A DNA stretch of 64,000 nucleotides from an uncultured Rubripirellula sp. (GTDB lineage Bacteria; Planctomycetota; Planctomycetia; Pirellulales; Pirellulaceae): assembly GCA_938085445.1 (NCBI GenBank), contig CALKGR010000002.1, positions 51,411 through 115,410 on the forward strand, written 5' to 3'. The stretch's first letter is position 1. The number at the start of each line of letters is the position of its first letter. Position numbers and translations under genes: made by a program. A model generated the notes under the pieces. It was not told the DNA's origin. It made no database searches and worked only from the letters and a program-made list of their open reading frames with translations. Of the stretch, positions 41,401-52,338 are shown one piece after another.

Positions 41401-42630
41401 TCACTTGATCGGATTGGAATACCAAACAATATTTCCGCTGTCATGACCAGCCACCAGAATATCATTATCACCATCGTTATCCATGTCCAATATTCGTACG
41501 TCATAAGATGACTGCAGACGATCCACGACGTGAGTCCGAAACTTACCTGTCCCATCATTTTGGTACCACACCACCGCACCCTGCAGACTTGCACTACACG
41601 CAACGATATCCACATCACCATCGTCATCCATATCGGCTACTGCCAAACTGTGGGGAGTATCCAGCGTTTCATCAATTTCAAACTTGTGAAAACTGGGCCC
41701 GCGAAACCACAGAACTCCCCGACCATGCCCTCGGCTGCATACAAAATCAACCGAACCATCCGCATCAATATCCACTGGCAGAATATTGGAGGCACCAGGT
41801 TCATTCGCCGACAAAACTCTCTTGGTCCATCTTCCGTTTGGGTTCTCTGGTTGTTCCCACCACGCAAACCACTCTCCCCCCAACAACTTTGCCCCACCCT
41901 TCGCAGCACAGGCAATGTCGGGGCGATTGTCACCATTGACATCGCCAAGTCCCATGTAGTGATTGCCCCCAGGTGCATCACCGTCGGCGAAAACAACGGG
42001 TTCCCAAATACCAGCTCCCTGCGGTGAAACTGGCACAGGTAACCAGGTAATTGAGTTAGGTATTTTGCTTGCACCCTCATCCCGCCATGAATTCGCAATC
42101 AAATCGACACTTCCATCCCGATCAACATCCCCCGTGATCACGCAGTGTGCACCGTTCATGTCCAAGCTGATAACACGAGCCACCCAGCGATCTGAAAATG
42201 GATCATTCGGACACTCAAGCCAGAACAGCATTCGATTCGAACCGATGTAGTCCAAGTCTCCATCCTTATCAACGTCCAACAAAGCGCTGTGAATGCATCC
42301 ACGTTCGGCAACACGTCCTACTTGGTCTGGAGGCATTTCCGACAAAATCACCGTCGCTTCCCACTCGGGCCCACGATAAAGAACGACTTTTCCATCGAAC
42401 GATCCTAACAAGTCCATATTTCCATCCTGATCCATATCACTTGCTACTACCGTATTCACCTGACCGGATGATCCAGCATTGTTTTGAACCACATGTTTTT
42501 CCCAAAACGCATCATTTGCGTCGCCCGTATTGGCCAACAAGCTGATTGAGTTCAGAAACCCAATCAGAAACAACCCAGGTAAGCCGAATCGGTAAGTTTG
42601 CTTGTCAACTTTTACTATTTCCAACATCAT
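41401..42630 (-). CDS. FG-GAP/VCBS repeat beta-propeller protein
   Basis: Seven Dx[DN]xDG-type repeats (DMDQDGNMD, DVDKDGDLD, DVDRDGSVD, DVNGDNRPD, DIDADGSVD, DMDDDGDVD, DMDNDGDND). Confidence 0.92.
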   Translation of the reverse strand: MMLEIVKVDKQTYRFGLPGLFLIGFLNSISLLANTGDANDAFWEKHVVQNNAGSSGQVNTVVASDMDQDGNMDLLGSFDGKVVLYRGPEWEATVILSEMPPDQVGRVAERGCIHSALLDVDKDGDLDYIGSNRMLFWLECPNDPFSDRWVARVISLDMNGAHCVITGDVDRDGSVDLIANSWRDEGASKIPNSITWLPVPVSPQGAGIWEPVVFADGDAPGGNHYMGLGDVNGDNRPDIACAAKGGAKLLGGEWFAWWEQPENPNGRWTKRVLSANEPGASNILPVDIDADGSVDFVCSRGHGRGVLWFRGPSFHKFEIDETLDTPHSLAVADMDDDGDVDIVACSASLQGAVVWYQNDGTGKFRTHVVDRLQSSYDVRILDMDNDGDNDILVAGHDSGNIVWYSNPIK

Positions 42631-42798
42631 TTCAACTCATCTTTCACGAAAAAGCCACTTCAGGTTCTTGGCTCAAGGTGCGAAAAGACTCACAGATCCC
42701 AACCGACGGAAGCCCACTTGCGAGGAACATGATCCCCACTAGAAAAAACCTGCCGCCGAACCGGCCCCGAACCCAGCGCATCGCTACCAGCCCCAAAC

Positions 42799-43614
42799 CT
42801 AATCTGCCAAACATCGTTTGATCATGAACTGCGTTAACGTTTCTGACTCGAACCAACCACGCCACATATTGTGCCCTTGGCCGCGAACCAACTCAATCTC
42901 TACAGACCCACCTAGCGCTCGATAACGAGACGCCAGCAACCCCGAGTTTTCCTCATGGGGCACGACCCTGTCCGAATCACCCTGTAGGTGAAATATGGGG
43001 ACCTGCTTCGTCGCAAGTGCCTGGAGATTGTCGACTGGATTAAACTTCGTCAATGAGTCTTCAAGCTCTTGGGGCGTCAATTCAAAAGCGGGTGCGGCCC
43101 TCTGTATGCCAGGGTAACTGGCGATGTTACAAACGGGGTAGATCCCCGCGATACCGCCGACACAACCAGCATGAGAAACCGCCCAATTGTAAAGCATCAA
43201 CCCACCTCGACTGCGGGCTAGCAGGACAGGCTTGGTGCTGTAACCACGCTTGGCAGTCATGTGCTTATAAAACTCTTGGTAGACAGTGACCCCCTTTGGG
43301 CTTCCATAGCTCTCCCCAACGTCGACTCCAGCCAGTGCAATCCCCGCCGCATGCAGACGATCAATCATCCACTGCTCGTCTCGGTTTGGATGACGACCGC
43401 CAAGCGAGGGTGCGTACCACACCCACGGCGTTGGCTCTTTCACTCGAGAAGAAACAGGCGGAAGAATGACAAATGCACTGTTACCGCCGACGGCAAACCG
43501 CTCGCGCTCGACCGAGAACGCACAATCAGGAACAGAAAGGAACAAAACAAACGCAAAGAACGGGGACGCATGTAACAGCCCCCGACAAAATGGATATTTA
43601 ATTGAGAAACGCAT
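42799..43614 (-). CDS. Alpha/beta-hydrolase (prolyl oligopeptidase/esterase-like)
   Basis: PWVWYAP, VGESYGSP, ARSRGG nucleophile elbow, GDSDRVVP, GQGH. Start taken at ATG 43614. Confidence 0.87.
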   Translation of the reverse strand: MRFSIKYPFCRGLLHASPFFAFVLFLSVPDCAFSVERERFAVGGNSAFVILPPVSSRVKEPTPWVWYAPSLGGRHPNRDEQWMIDRLHAAGIALAGVDVGESYGSPKGVTVYQEFYKHMTAKRGYSTKPVLLARSRGGLMLYNWAVSHAGCVGGIAGIYPVCNIASYPGIQRAAPAFELTPQELEDSLTKFNPVDNLQALATKQVPIFHLQGDSDRVVPHEENSGLLASRYRALGGSVEIELVRGQGHNMWRGWFESETLTQFMIKRCLAD

Positions 43615-43963
43615 CACACCCCACTCTGAACACAAGAAATACAAAACCGAAGCCGGAGACAGAGCCACAAACGCGAAGACAAATCCGACCGCGCTCGCAT
43701 CGCGGATCCATACACCGACGATCCTGTTAGGGCACACTCGCTTCTTCGTTTTCAGATGTTATGATATCAAGTGTCAAGCACGTTTTTGCGCATCGCATTT
43801 CCGATATTGCACACACATCAAGTCTGCGACTCGGCCAACGGTGCAACCATCATACGATCCAGCATACCAAACAAAAAACTACCCGGATTCAAGTAAACAA
43901 GCCTGCAAACCGTGACCAAGACTCTCGGCTCAGGTGTCCCCCACGCTGTGAGCTTCCTTTGGG

Positions 43964-45139
43964 ATGACTGAAACACCTAAACGCGTCGCAATCATGCTGG
44001 ACCTTCAGTGGCCCTATAAACGCCATGCAAGCACTTTTGCGGGAACGCAGCAATTTGCGAAGGAACATGGTTGGCATTCCATTATCGATGAGTTTGCCCA
44101 TGACACACTCCCCGCACGGCCTGGACACCCCGTCCCGTATGACGGCGTCATTGCTAGAGCGAATCACGAATTAGCAGATCGAGCCAAACGCCTTGGCATT
44201 CCCGTGGTAAACATGTGGGCCAGCTCTCCAGTGTGGAATAAGCTGCCTGGAGTTTTCCCTGATTTCGATGCCAGTGGTAAACTGAAAGCAGAGCACCTTC
44301 TCTCACGTGGACTGTCGAACTTTGCCGCGATGACCGCGTTCAAGAATCGAGGTGAGCGCATCGAAGTTGCCCAGTTCAGAAATATGATTGAGCAGCGAGG
44401 CTATGAATGCATCGTTGCCAACTCGCCCCAAAGTTTGTCGCGTAGTCTGGACCACTGGCGGAGAACCAAACAACTCGTAGAAGCGTGGATGGACCGCTGG
44501 CAGTTACCCATCGGAGTAATGATCGGTGGAGAAAATTTAGGCAGACTCGTCGTCCAGATGTGTCATGAACGTGGCTGGAGGGTGCCGCAGGATGTTGCCA
44601 TCATCGCTGGCCAAAATGAAGAGAACCTTTGCGAGAATCCAAGGCCTTCCATCACCAGCATGGAGTTCAAATATGAGCGGATAGGTTACCAATGTGCGAA
44701 GTTGCTTCAACACTTGATGGACGGTGGTGATCCCCCCAAACAAGCTCTTTCCCTGCCGCCCTTGGGACTTGTCATCCGCGAATCCACTGACTTCCATGCC
44801 GTCAAAGATGAACTGGTTGCCGCTGCATTAGATTACATCTCCCGAAACAGCCACCGAAACATCGGTCAGCACGACGTGTCGAGAGCAGTGAACGCCGAGA
44901 CACGAACTCTGCAATTACGTTTTCGTAAATTTCTTGATAGCCCCATAGCAACCGAGATTAGGAGGGTTCGTATTGAACGAGCCAAACGTGAACTTGCGCA
45001 AAGCGACCGTAGGATAGAACAAGTCGCTAGAGATGTTGGCTTCAAAACGGCAAATCGAATGTGCGAAATCTTCCGTCGAGAACTTGGTGTCACCCCAACG
45101 GACTACCGCCGCGAACGCCAGATCAATGGCAAACCCTAA
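43964..45139 (+). CDS. XylR-like transcriptional regulator (periplasmic-binding-fold sensor plus AraC HTH)
   Basis: RVPQDVAIIAG, PSITS, VIRESTD; C-terminal AraC HTH (RIERAKREL..IEQVARDVGF..FRRELGVTPTDYR). Confidence 0.93.
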   Translation: MTETPKRVAIMLDLQWPYKRHASTFAGTQQFAKEHGWHSIIDEFAHDTLPARPGHPVPYDGVIARANHELADRAKRLGIPVVNMWASSPVWNKLPGVFPDFDASGKLKAEHLLSRGLSNFAAMTAFKNRGERIEVAQFRNMIEQRGYECIVANSPQSLSRSLDHWRRTKQLVEAWMDRWQLPIGVMIGGENLGRLVVQMCHERGWRVPQDVAIIAGQNEENLCENPRPSITSMEFKYERIGYQCAKLLQHLMDGGDPPKQALSLPPLGLVIRESTDFHAVKDELVAAALDYISRNSHRNIGQHDVSRAVNAETRTLQLRFRKFLDSPIATEIRRVRIERAKRELAQSDRRIEQVARDVGFKTANRMCEIFRRELGVTPTDYRRERQINGKP

Positions 45140-45659
45140 TTCGAGTCAGTCCTTATCGGGCTCTGTCCAACTAACATCTATCAACACGAGTGAACCGGAC
45201 TACGTCTTTCAACCAGGTCCGACTTGCTTCACACCCGACAGTGCAGGAACCCATGGACCACCAACGGGATCCATAGACCTCTCGTATTCACATAAGCCAG
45301 ATAGCAGCAGAACGAGATCACAATGGCCCTGCAAGCAAAAACAAACCTATCCCACTACCATCCCAAAACCATCTCGAACCTCACCAAACCGAATCGAACA
45401 TGGTCAGACGCATCTGCCATCAGCACACATCCTAGAGTGATGAAACATGCTGCAAATCCAACCCCGCCTAGTTGTTCATCTAAACGGCGAGACAACATGT
45501 GGTGCCGTCTCCCATCAACCGATGGGGCACCAACCACGCAGTAGAATCCACGCTCCTCCCGTCTCATTCAGAGCAGTGAACTAAGCACTTTCGAGAACAA
45601 CATTGAACCTATTCTTCGACCCATCGACAAAACCAAACTCAAAACCAGACCCCAAGCCA

Positions 45660-47210
45660 ATGAGTACCCCTGACAAAGTTACTTTTCAGCACAACGCATG
45701 GAAGCGTCTCATCTTCCCACTTTTCGCAACCATGCTGGCGGCAGTTAATGCGGCCCCACCAGCGGAAGCTACTCGCCCAAACATCCTGTGGATTGTTGTC
45801 GATGACATGTCGGCAAATCTTTCCTGCTATGGCGAATCCACCATCCAAACACCAAATCTCGATTCACTTGCACGCACTGGCCTACAGTTCAATCAAGCGT
45901 ATGCAACTTCCCCCGTCTGTTCAACATTCCGCTCTGCTCTGATCACCGGCATGTACCAAACAACCATTGGTGCTCACCATCATCGAAGCGGAAGAGGAGA
46001 CCACCAGATCCAATTACCTTCCGGTGTAGTTCCCATACCAACGCTATTTCAGAAAGCAGGGTATTACACGTGCATGGGAAGCGGCCTGAAAGAACTCGAC
46101 TACCGAAGTCAGGCACCTCTAAAGAGCAGACGGTCTGCGATGGGAAAGTCCGACTACAACTTCACCTGGGATCGTGAAATCTACCACGGGAACGACTGGT
46201 CCGGGCGTAAAGAAGGTCAGCCTTTTTTCATGCAGATTCAATTGCATGGTGGAAAACTTCGAGGCTCATCAGAAAAGTCATATTCAAGCTTTGAGAAACA
46301 GGTAACAGACACACTCGGGAACACGACTGACCCTGCTTCAGTCCGGTTGCCACCCTACTACCCAGACGATCTGATCCTAAGACGAGACTGGGCGAACTAT
46401 CTTGATAGTGTCCGAATCACAGACTGGCATGTAGGGAGGGTATATGATCGCCTAACACAGGAAGGCCTGCTCAGTAACACTCTGATCATCTTCTTTACCG
46501 ACCATGGAATCAGTCACGCTAGAGGAAAGCAGTTCCTCTACGACGAGGGAACGCATATACCCCTGATCCTATCTGGCCCCAAAATTCAAAGGGGAGCCAC
46601 CCGTCAAGATCTCGTTGAACACATCGACATCGCTGCACTTTCACTTGCTGCGGCGGGAATCGAAATTCCAGCCACCATGCAGGGCCGAGACCTTCTGTCC
46701 TCAAATTACAAAGACAAACAATTTGTCTTCTCTGCACGTGACCGCTGCGGCGAAGCAGACGATCGCATACGATCCGTGCGGAGCGAAGAGTTTCTGTACA
46801 TCCGCAACTTCTATCCTTCCCGTCCCCACCTAATGCCAAGCACTTACAAGGATGGCAAACTGATCATCCAACGACTTCGACAAATGCATGCCAACGGAAC
46901 GCTCACCGCAATTGCAAACCGGATACTCTTCGCGTCTGAGCGAGCTACTGAAGAGCTCTATCTACGTTCAGAAGACCCGTGGCAAACAAACAACCTTGCC
47001 CACTCCCCTGCCTACCGTTTGGACTTGAAACGGCACCGCGAAGCACTCAACCGTTGGATGGTAGACACGGTGGACCAGGGCTCTGAAACAGACGAAACCT
47101 ACGCTCTAGAAATCCAAGACCAGATGCGTGCCACCAAGAACACTGAAAGTCGGGAGCAGTTCCGCCGCAACAGCGAAATCTACCAAGCTTGGCGAGCGGC
47201 GGGTAAGTGA
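45660..47210 (+). CDS. S1 sulfatase with CSTFR motif (paralog of 24997..26508)
   Basis: [45 protein letters not shown]. Confidence 0.93.
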   Translation: MSTPDKVTFQHNAWKRLIFPLFATMLAAVNAAPPAEATRPNILWIVVDDMSANLSCYGESTIQTPNLDSLARTGLQFNQAYATSPVCSTFRSALITGMYQTTIGAHHHRSGRGDHQIQLPSGVVPIPTLFQKAGYYTCMGSGLKELDYRSQAPLKSRRSAMGKSDYNFTWDREIYHGNDWSGRKEGQPFFMQIQLHGGKLRGSSEKSYSSFEKQVTDTLGNTTDPASVRLPPYYPDDLILRRDWANYLDSVRITDWHVGRVYDRLTQEGLLSNTLIIFFTDHGISHARGKQFLYDEGTHIPLILSGPKIQRGATRQDLVEHIDIAALSLAAAGIEIPATMQGRDLLSSNYKDKQFVFSARDRCGEADDRIRSVRSEEFLYIRNFYPSRPHLMPSTYKDGKLIIQRLRQMHANGTLTAIANRILFASERATEELYLRSEDPWQTNNLAHSPAYRLDLKRHREALNRWMVDTVDQGSETDETYALEIQDQMRATKNTESREQFRRNSEIYQAWRAAGK

Positions 47211-47274
47211 TCTGCTGCCCAATGTCTCACAAAACCAATGGGCCACCCCTGCTTGGGCCCCGGTAACTTCCTCA

Positions 47275-50200
47275 TTACGATGGCACGACGGCAACAGATC
47301 CAGTCCCTGTTGCTGCCACCCTTGGCTCAAAGCCGGTTTGATCAGCATCACACTGGTCTAGCTCGGATTCCGCAGCACTGAATCGCCCGCCCGCACTCCA
47401 GTATAACGAATAGGTAACAGGAACCAGATACAGCACAATCAACGTTGCAAACAGCTCGCCAAATGCAATGCTTGTTGCCATGGGAATCAATATTTGTGCC
47501 TGAATCGAAGTCTCAAGCAGAATAGGAAACAAACCGCCAATGGTGGTGATGGTTGTCAACAGAACCGGACGAAATCTCCGCAGACCTGATTCGGCCAATG
47601 CTTGATTGATCGGCATACCTGACCGAACACGCCGATTGATAAAATCAATCAGCACAATGGAGTCATTCACCACAATCCCAGTCAATGCAATGATCCCATA
47701 AAAGCTGAAAAGAGTCAGCGGCAACCCCATCATAACGTGACCAAAAACCGCCCCGAGCGCACCAAAGGGAATGATCAACATGACCAGTAAGGGCTGAACC
47801 GCAGACTTGAATTCAACAGCTAACAGAACAAACATGGCAAGCAATGCAGCAAAGAACCCCGAAAACAGACTTCCAAACGATTCCGCACGCCGTTCCTGCT
47901 GGCCCTCCCAACGAATCCGCAAGGATGGATAACGCTGCAATAACTCCGGAAGAAAGTTTGCTTGTAAGTCGGCAACGATTTCTTCTGCGTTCCCCATCTC
48001 CTCATCAAGATTACTTGACACGGTGATCGAGCGAGCCTGATCGATTCGATTAAGTTCTGAATAAGCTCGCACCACATCAACCTCAGCGAGCTCAGTAATC
48101 GGTCGTTCCAGGCCGTCAGCCAAACGCACCCGCACTTCATCGAAATTTGCCAACGATCTCCGATCTTCCCGCGGATACGTCACCATGATCTTCACTTCAT
48201 GCCGACCGCGTTGGACCCGCATCACCTCTTCTCCGTAATAAGCCGCCCGTACGGTTTCAGCAAGATCAGCGGTCCGAACCCCCATTCCAAATGCTTCTGG
48301 CTTAATTCGAAAACGATACTCAAGCTTGCCAGGCACTGAGTCGTCCTTAATGTCATAAACTCCGTTATACGTAGCAAGCTGAGCTTTGCACTCCTCAACT
48401 GCAGTTTCCAGTTCTAAAACTTTATCCGACGCACCCAACACTTTAAATTCGATCGGCGTTCCACCGGGACCAAACGAGCGCGTGCCAAGTGTCAGTTCCT
48501 CCGTTCCGGGAATCGCAGGAATTCGCTCACGCCACTTCGCAACGATCTCGCGACTATGAACTCCTCGACTTTCAGAATTAATCAACTCAATCTCTACACT
48601 TCCTTTGTGGCCGCCTCCGGAGGAAGGCATAGGTGACCCCCCTGGTCCACCACCAGCCATACTTGCCCCCACCACTCGAAACGACGTCTTTGCAATCGGT
48701 TGCCCGCGCTCCTCAAACTCACTGGCTACCGCCCAAAACGCCTCTTCAATTTCACGAGTAGCTCCAATAGTCACACTCTCAGGTGTGCCGTCAGGAAAGG
48801 TGATCGCTGCGTTAAGGGTGTTCCCATCAACTCTTGGAAAAAAGCTGAGTTGAATCACACCCGATCGATACAGCCCTGCCGTGACAAATAGTGCGGCAAA
48901 ACTAATCGCAATCGCGACGGACCGATTGTTCAAACACCAAGCCAGGCTAGGTGTATACACTCCTTGCATGAAGCGATGCAATGCACCCGTCGACACAGTA
49001 TTCAGTTTCTGTGCGATCCACAATAAAGGTCGAAATATGTAAAAAACGACTCCGATTGTCTGAAAGAACCTTTTATTGCTGTGGGCAAGGTGGCACGGAA
49101 GAATCGTTAGACACTCCAGTAGAGAAACCAATAATATTGCGATGATCGCCGCTGGCATTACGGCAGTAAACTTCCCCATGGTGCCACTGACAAACAGAAG
49201 TGGCGCAAACATCACGACTGTCGTAAGCACTGCCGTCGTCACTGAAGGAATGACCTCAGCCGTCCCATCGATTGCCGCCTGTTTGATCGGTTTACCCATT
49301 TGCCGATGTGCGTAGACATTCTCTCCCACGACGATTGCATCATCAACAACGATCCCGAGTGCCATGACAAAAGCAAACATGGAAATCAGGTTCAACGTCT
49401 GCCCTGTCAAGTACAGAAAAATCCCTGATGCAAGAATCGCAAACGGTATTCCGACGGCCACCCAAAATGCAAGCTTTGGATCCAGAAACAACAAGAGCAG
49501 GACGAACACAATCAGAAGTCCCTGCGCTCCATTCTCTAACAACAGGTCTAGCCGCCCCCTCACCTCGACCGATTCATCACTCCACGTCATCAATTCATAA
49601 CCAGCTGGCATGGTTGCAGTTTGAATGTACTCCTGAACCCCATCAATCATCACAAACAAGTCTTGGGTTGTGCTCCGAATCACCGACAAAGCGAGCGCCG
49701 GTTTGCCATTAATCACATTAACGGCTGTGGTATCAGCAAACTCGTCACGAACGCGACCAAGGTCCGCAACCGTTAACACTGCGCCACCGGGCTGGGTTAC
49801 CAGTGGTAACTCTTCCAGTTCTTTTCCTCTAGTCCTCCGATTGTTGCCTCTTAACAACACTTCTTGAGACTGACTTCGTATGGCCCCCGCGGGCAACTCG
49901 CGATTTTCTCTCCGAATGATATCGGCAGCTTGCTTCAAAGTGAGGCCATGCGACCTCAGTGCTGCCTCAGGAATCTCGATGTCAATCTGGTAATCCCTCG
50001 CTGCCAGATAATCAACTTGAGCTACCGAAGGCAGTGCTAAAAGGTCATCACGAACACGTTCCGCAACCTCCCGAAGCCTAAGTTGTTCGCCGATCGTTAA
50101 GGCTCCATTGGGTTGCCTCGCCGCCGAGTCAGGCGCAATCAACCCAACCCGTATCGATGGCCGTCGATTTGTAACCAATGTGATCTGAGGATCTTCTGCT

Positions 50201-50571
50201 TCCAAGGGAAAACTTGGAATCCGTTCTACTCCTGACCTAACCTCATCCAACACTCGATCGGGTAACCTGCCACCCGGGATAAGCTCCAACAAAACAGTGC
50301 ACGAACCCTCCTGAGCCACAGTCGTCACTTTCTTTATGCCTTCAATCGATCGGACCGCCTCCTCAATCTTCTGGCCAACACCCTCTTCTGTCTCTTGAGG
50401 TGCAGCCCCTGGATAAGGGACCATCACCATGATCCGATCAAGTTCGAACTCAGGAAATGATTCACGGTGCATCAAATTCAGACACATCGCGCCGACCAAC
50501 ATGGTTGCGACCATGCAGAGGTTTAATGCTGAGTGATTCCGAATGGCAATTCTGACAATGTGCTTAATCAT
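47275..50571 (-). CDS. RND (AcrB/AcrD/AcrF family) efflux permease
   Basis: 1098 aa with 12-TM layout; GIVVDDAIVVGEN, GIVVNDSIVL, RFRPVLLTTITT, IPMATSIAFG. Confidence 0.95.
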   Translation of the reverse strand: MIKHIVRIAIRNHSALNLCMVATMLVGAMCLNLMHRESFPEFELDRIMVMVPYPGAAPQETEEGVGQKIEEAVRSIEGIKKVTTVAQEGSCTVLLELIPGGRLPDRVLDEVRSGVERIPSFPLEAEDPQITLVTNRRPSIRVGLIAPDSAARQPNGALTIGEQLRLREVAERVRDDLLALPSVAQVDYLAARDYQIDIEIPEAALRSHGLTLKQAADIIRRENRELPAGAIRSQSQEVLLRGNNRRTRGKELEELPLVTQPGGAVLTVADLGRVRDEFADTTAVNVINGKPALALSVIRSTTQDLFVMIDGVQEYIQTATMPAGYELMTWSDESVEVRGRLDLLLENGAQGLLIVFVLLLLFLDPKLAFWVAVGIPFAILASGIFLYLTGQTLNLISMFAFVMALGIVVDDAIVVGENVYAHRQMGKPIKQAAIDGTAEVIPSVTTAVLTTVVMFAPLLFVSGTMGKFTAVMPAAIIAILLVSLLECLTILPCHLAHSNKRFFQTIGVVFYIFRPLLWIAQKLNTVSTGALHRFMQGVYTPSLAWCLNNRSVAIAISFAALFVTAGLYRSGVIQLSFFPRVDGNTLNAAITFPDGTPESVTIGATREIEEAFWAVASEFEERGQPIAKTSFRVVGASMAGGGPGGSPMPSSGGGHKGSVEIELINSESRGVHSREIVAKWRERIPAIPGTEELTLGTRSFGPGGTPIEFKVLGASDKVLELETAVEECKAQLATYNGVYDIKDDSVPGKLEYRFRIKPEAFGMGVRTADLAETVRAAYYGEEVMRVQRGRHEVKIMVTYPREDRRSLANFDEVRVRLADGLERPITELAEVDVVRAYSELNRIDQARSITVSSNLDEEMGNAEEIVADLQANFLPELLQRYPSLRIRWEGQQERRAESFGSLFSGFFAALLAMFVLLAVEFKSAVQPLLVMLIIPFGALGAVFGHVMMGLPLTLFSFYGIIALTGIVVNDSIVLIDFINRRVRSGMPINQALAESGLRRFRPVLLTTITTIGGLFPILLETSIQAQILIPMATSIAFGELFATLIVLYLVPVTYSLYWSAGGRFSAAESELDQCDADQTGFEPRVAATGTGSVAVVPS

Positions 50572-52058
50572 GCCCCCGCCCTCGCCCGTCCCATGCGACT
50601 AACCCTCGGATCACTTTTCAAAGTCTCCGCGTTCTCCTCGCCCCCATTGCTGTCAACAGGTTCAACCCGCATGCCAACCGTAGGCTGAGCCAGAGGCGAA
50701 ATGATGACTGCGTCCCCCGCACTTACTCCCCCCGGCTCCTCCAACACAACGGAATACACCTCATTTGAGTACGCAACGGTCACTGATTTTTGAGCCAACA
50801 CATTGCCATCAACAATCCAAACTTTTTCCTCCGGTTGTACCGCCTCCTGAGGAATTCGTATCAGGCGGACCTTTGGATCGGTGTGAATGTGTACCTTCAC
50901 AAACATCCCGGTCATCAATGTTGGTATACCCCCGCCCGAAACCGGCACGATGTCCCCGGCGGCGAGCTCTTTACCTGGCAGACCGTCACGATCCGCACTC
51001 CTTTCACTGAATCGCGGTACCGGTTCGTCGCTAAGAATCCTGCGCACCTTGCTTGGCTCAGGGACATGGACACGACATGAAATCATGCGAGTCTGGCTAT
51101 CGACGCCTGCTCCGTCGTAACGATCAACCATCGCATCCCAGATGAACTTGTCCCCGCCTAACTCGAAGATCACCGTTGCGGGCGTTTTTGGAAAATCGTG
51201 AGCATGCTGATCACTCGTTCGCTCACCACCTCGCCACAACCAATTCATCTCCTTCATTTGCAGCTTACAAGCCACATCAAAACTCGTCGTCTCCTGTAAC
51301 AAGCAGATCGTATTACCAGGCTGCACATAGCTATCTTTTTCTACATTGTGCTGGACCACAACCGCATCAAAAGGTGCCCGAATGTTGGTCCGTTCCAGAC
51401 TCAATTCCGCTTTTTCCAAATTCGCCTGTACCAGTGACTTTGCGGCTTCCATTCGTATCCTGCGTTGTGTCAGAACATTCTTTTCATCGAGAACCGACTG
51501 TAGTGCTTTGCGAGTCGCAAGCTCTGATCTCCGCGCCGAATCCACCTCCGAATCTGACGCTGCCCCCCGCAACAACAGATCATTACTGCGCGCTAGTTGT
51601 CTCATGTCAATTTGCAGCTGTTGGTCTGCATTAATACCTTGATTCGCCAACGACTGAATCTCCGCCTCAAGTTCTTTTGTCATTGCGTGTGCTTGAGACA
51701 GCTCTTCGTTCAGCCGACGCACCTCAAGCTCATAATCCTCGGGCTCGATTCGCAACAGCAGTTCTCCCGCTGTCACAATCCTTCCAACTTGACAGGATTC
51801 ACTCTGAAACTTGACCTTCCCAGAAACCTCTGCGGCTAATTCTATCTGTCTGAATGGAACGACAACGCCATCCACATCAATGGCAATCCCCAGATTGTGA
51901 CGCTCCGCGAACTGCGTCTTGACTTTTACCGCTTTACCGGTTTCGGACCGCCGGGGCTTCAACTCTGGAGGGCTCATCAACACGAACGCGCAAATTCCTC
52001 CCAATAAGATCCCAAGCGACAACACACTGCGTCCCAAAGATTCAGTCCAACCTTGCAT
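50568..52058 (-). CDS. RND periplasmic adaptor (membrane fusion protein)
   Basis: N-terminal TM, AAEVSGKV, long coiled coil, IRAPFDAVV, GMFVKV, IPQEAV; stop overlaps the RND start codon (ATGA). Confidence 0.92.
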   Translation of the reverse strand: MQGWTESLGRSVLSLGILLGGICAFVLMSPPELKPRRSETGKAVKVKTQFAERHNLGIAIDVDGVVVPFRQIELAAEVSGKVKFQSESCQVGRIVTAGELLLRIEPEDYELEVRRLNEELSQAHAMTKELEAEIQSLANQGINADQQLQIDMRQLARSNDLLLRGAASDSEVDSARRSELATRKALQSVLDEKNVLTQRRIRMEAAKSLVQANLEKAELSLERTNIRAPFDAVVVQHNVEKDSYVQPGNTICLLQETTSFDVACKLQMKEMNWLWRGGERTSDQHAHDFPKTPATVIFELGGDKFIWDAMVDRYDGAGVDSQTRMISCRVHVPEPSKVRRILSDEPVPRFSERSADRDGLPGKELAAGDIVPVSGGGIPTLMTGMFVKVHIHTDPKVRLIRIPQEAVQPEEKVWIVDGNVLAQKSVTVAYSNEVYSVVLEEPGGVSAGDAVIISPLAQPTVGMRVEPVDSNGGEENAETLKSDPRVSRMGRARAGA

Positions 52059-52338
52059 GGTGCATTTCAGTAACAAAACGGGTACGAAGAACAAATGACA
52101 ATTACAGCAAAGCTACCGCCGGAAATCATCCCACGCGGATCTGCATTAGAACGCTCATGCGGAAGACCAACAACCTGCTCACCGGTTGCTAACAACCAAC
52201 AAAACAGGCAGCAACGCGTGAACCCCATACCCCTGAGAATTTCAACGCCCACGCGACATCCGACACAACACCTAAAGCTGCATCTGGTAGGCTCATAACT
52301 AACCCTGCAATGCAACCACTCCAGCTGCCATTGAAAGT

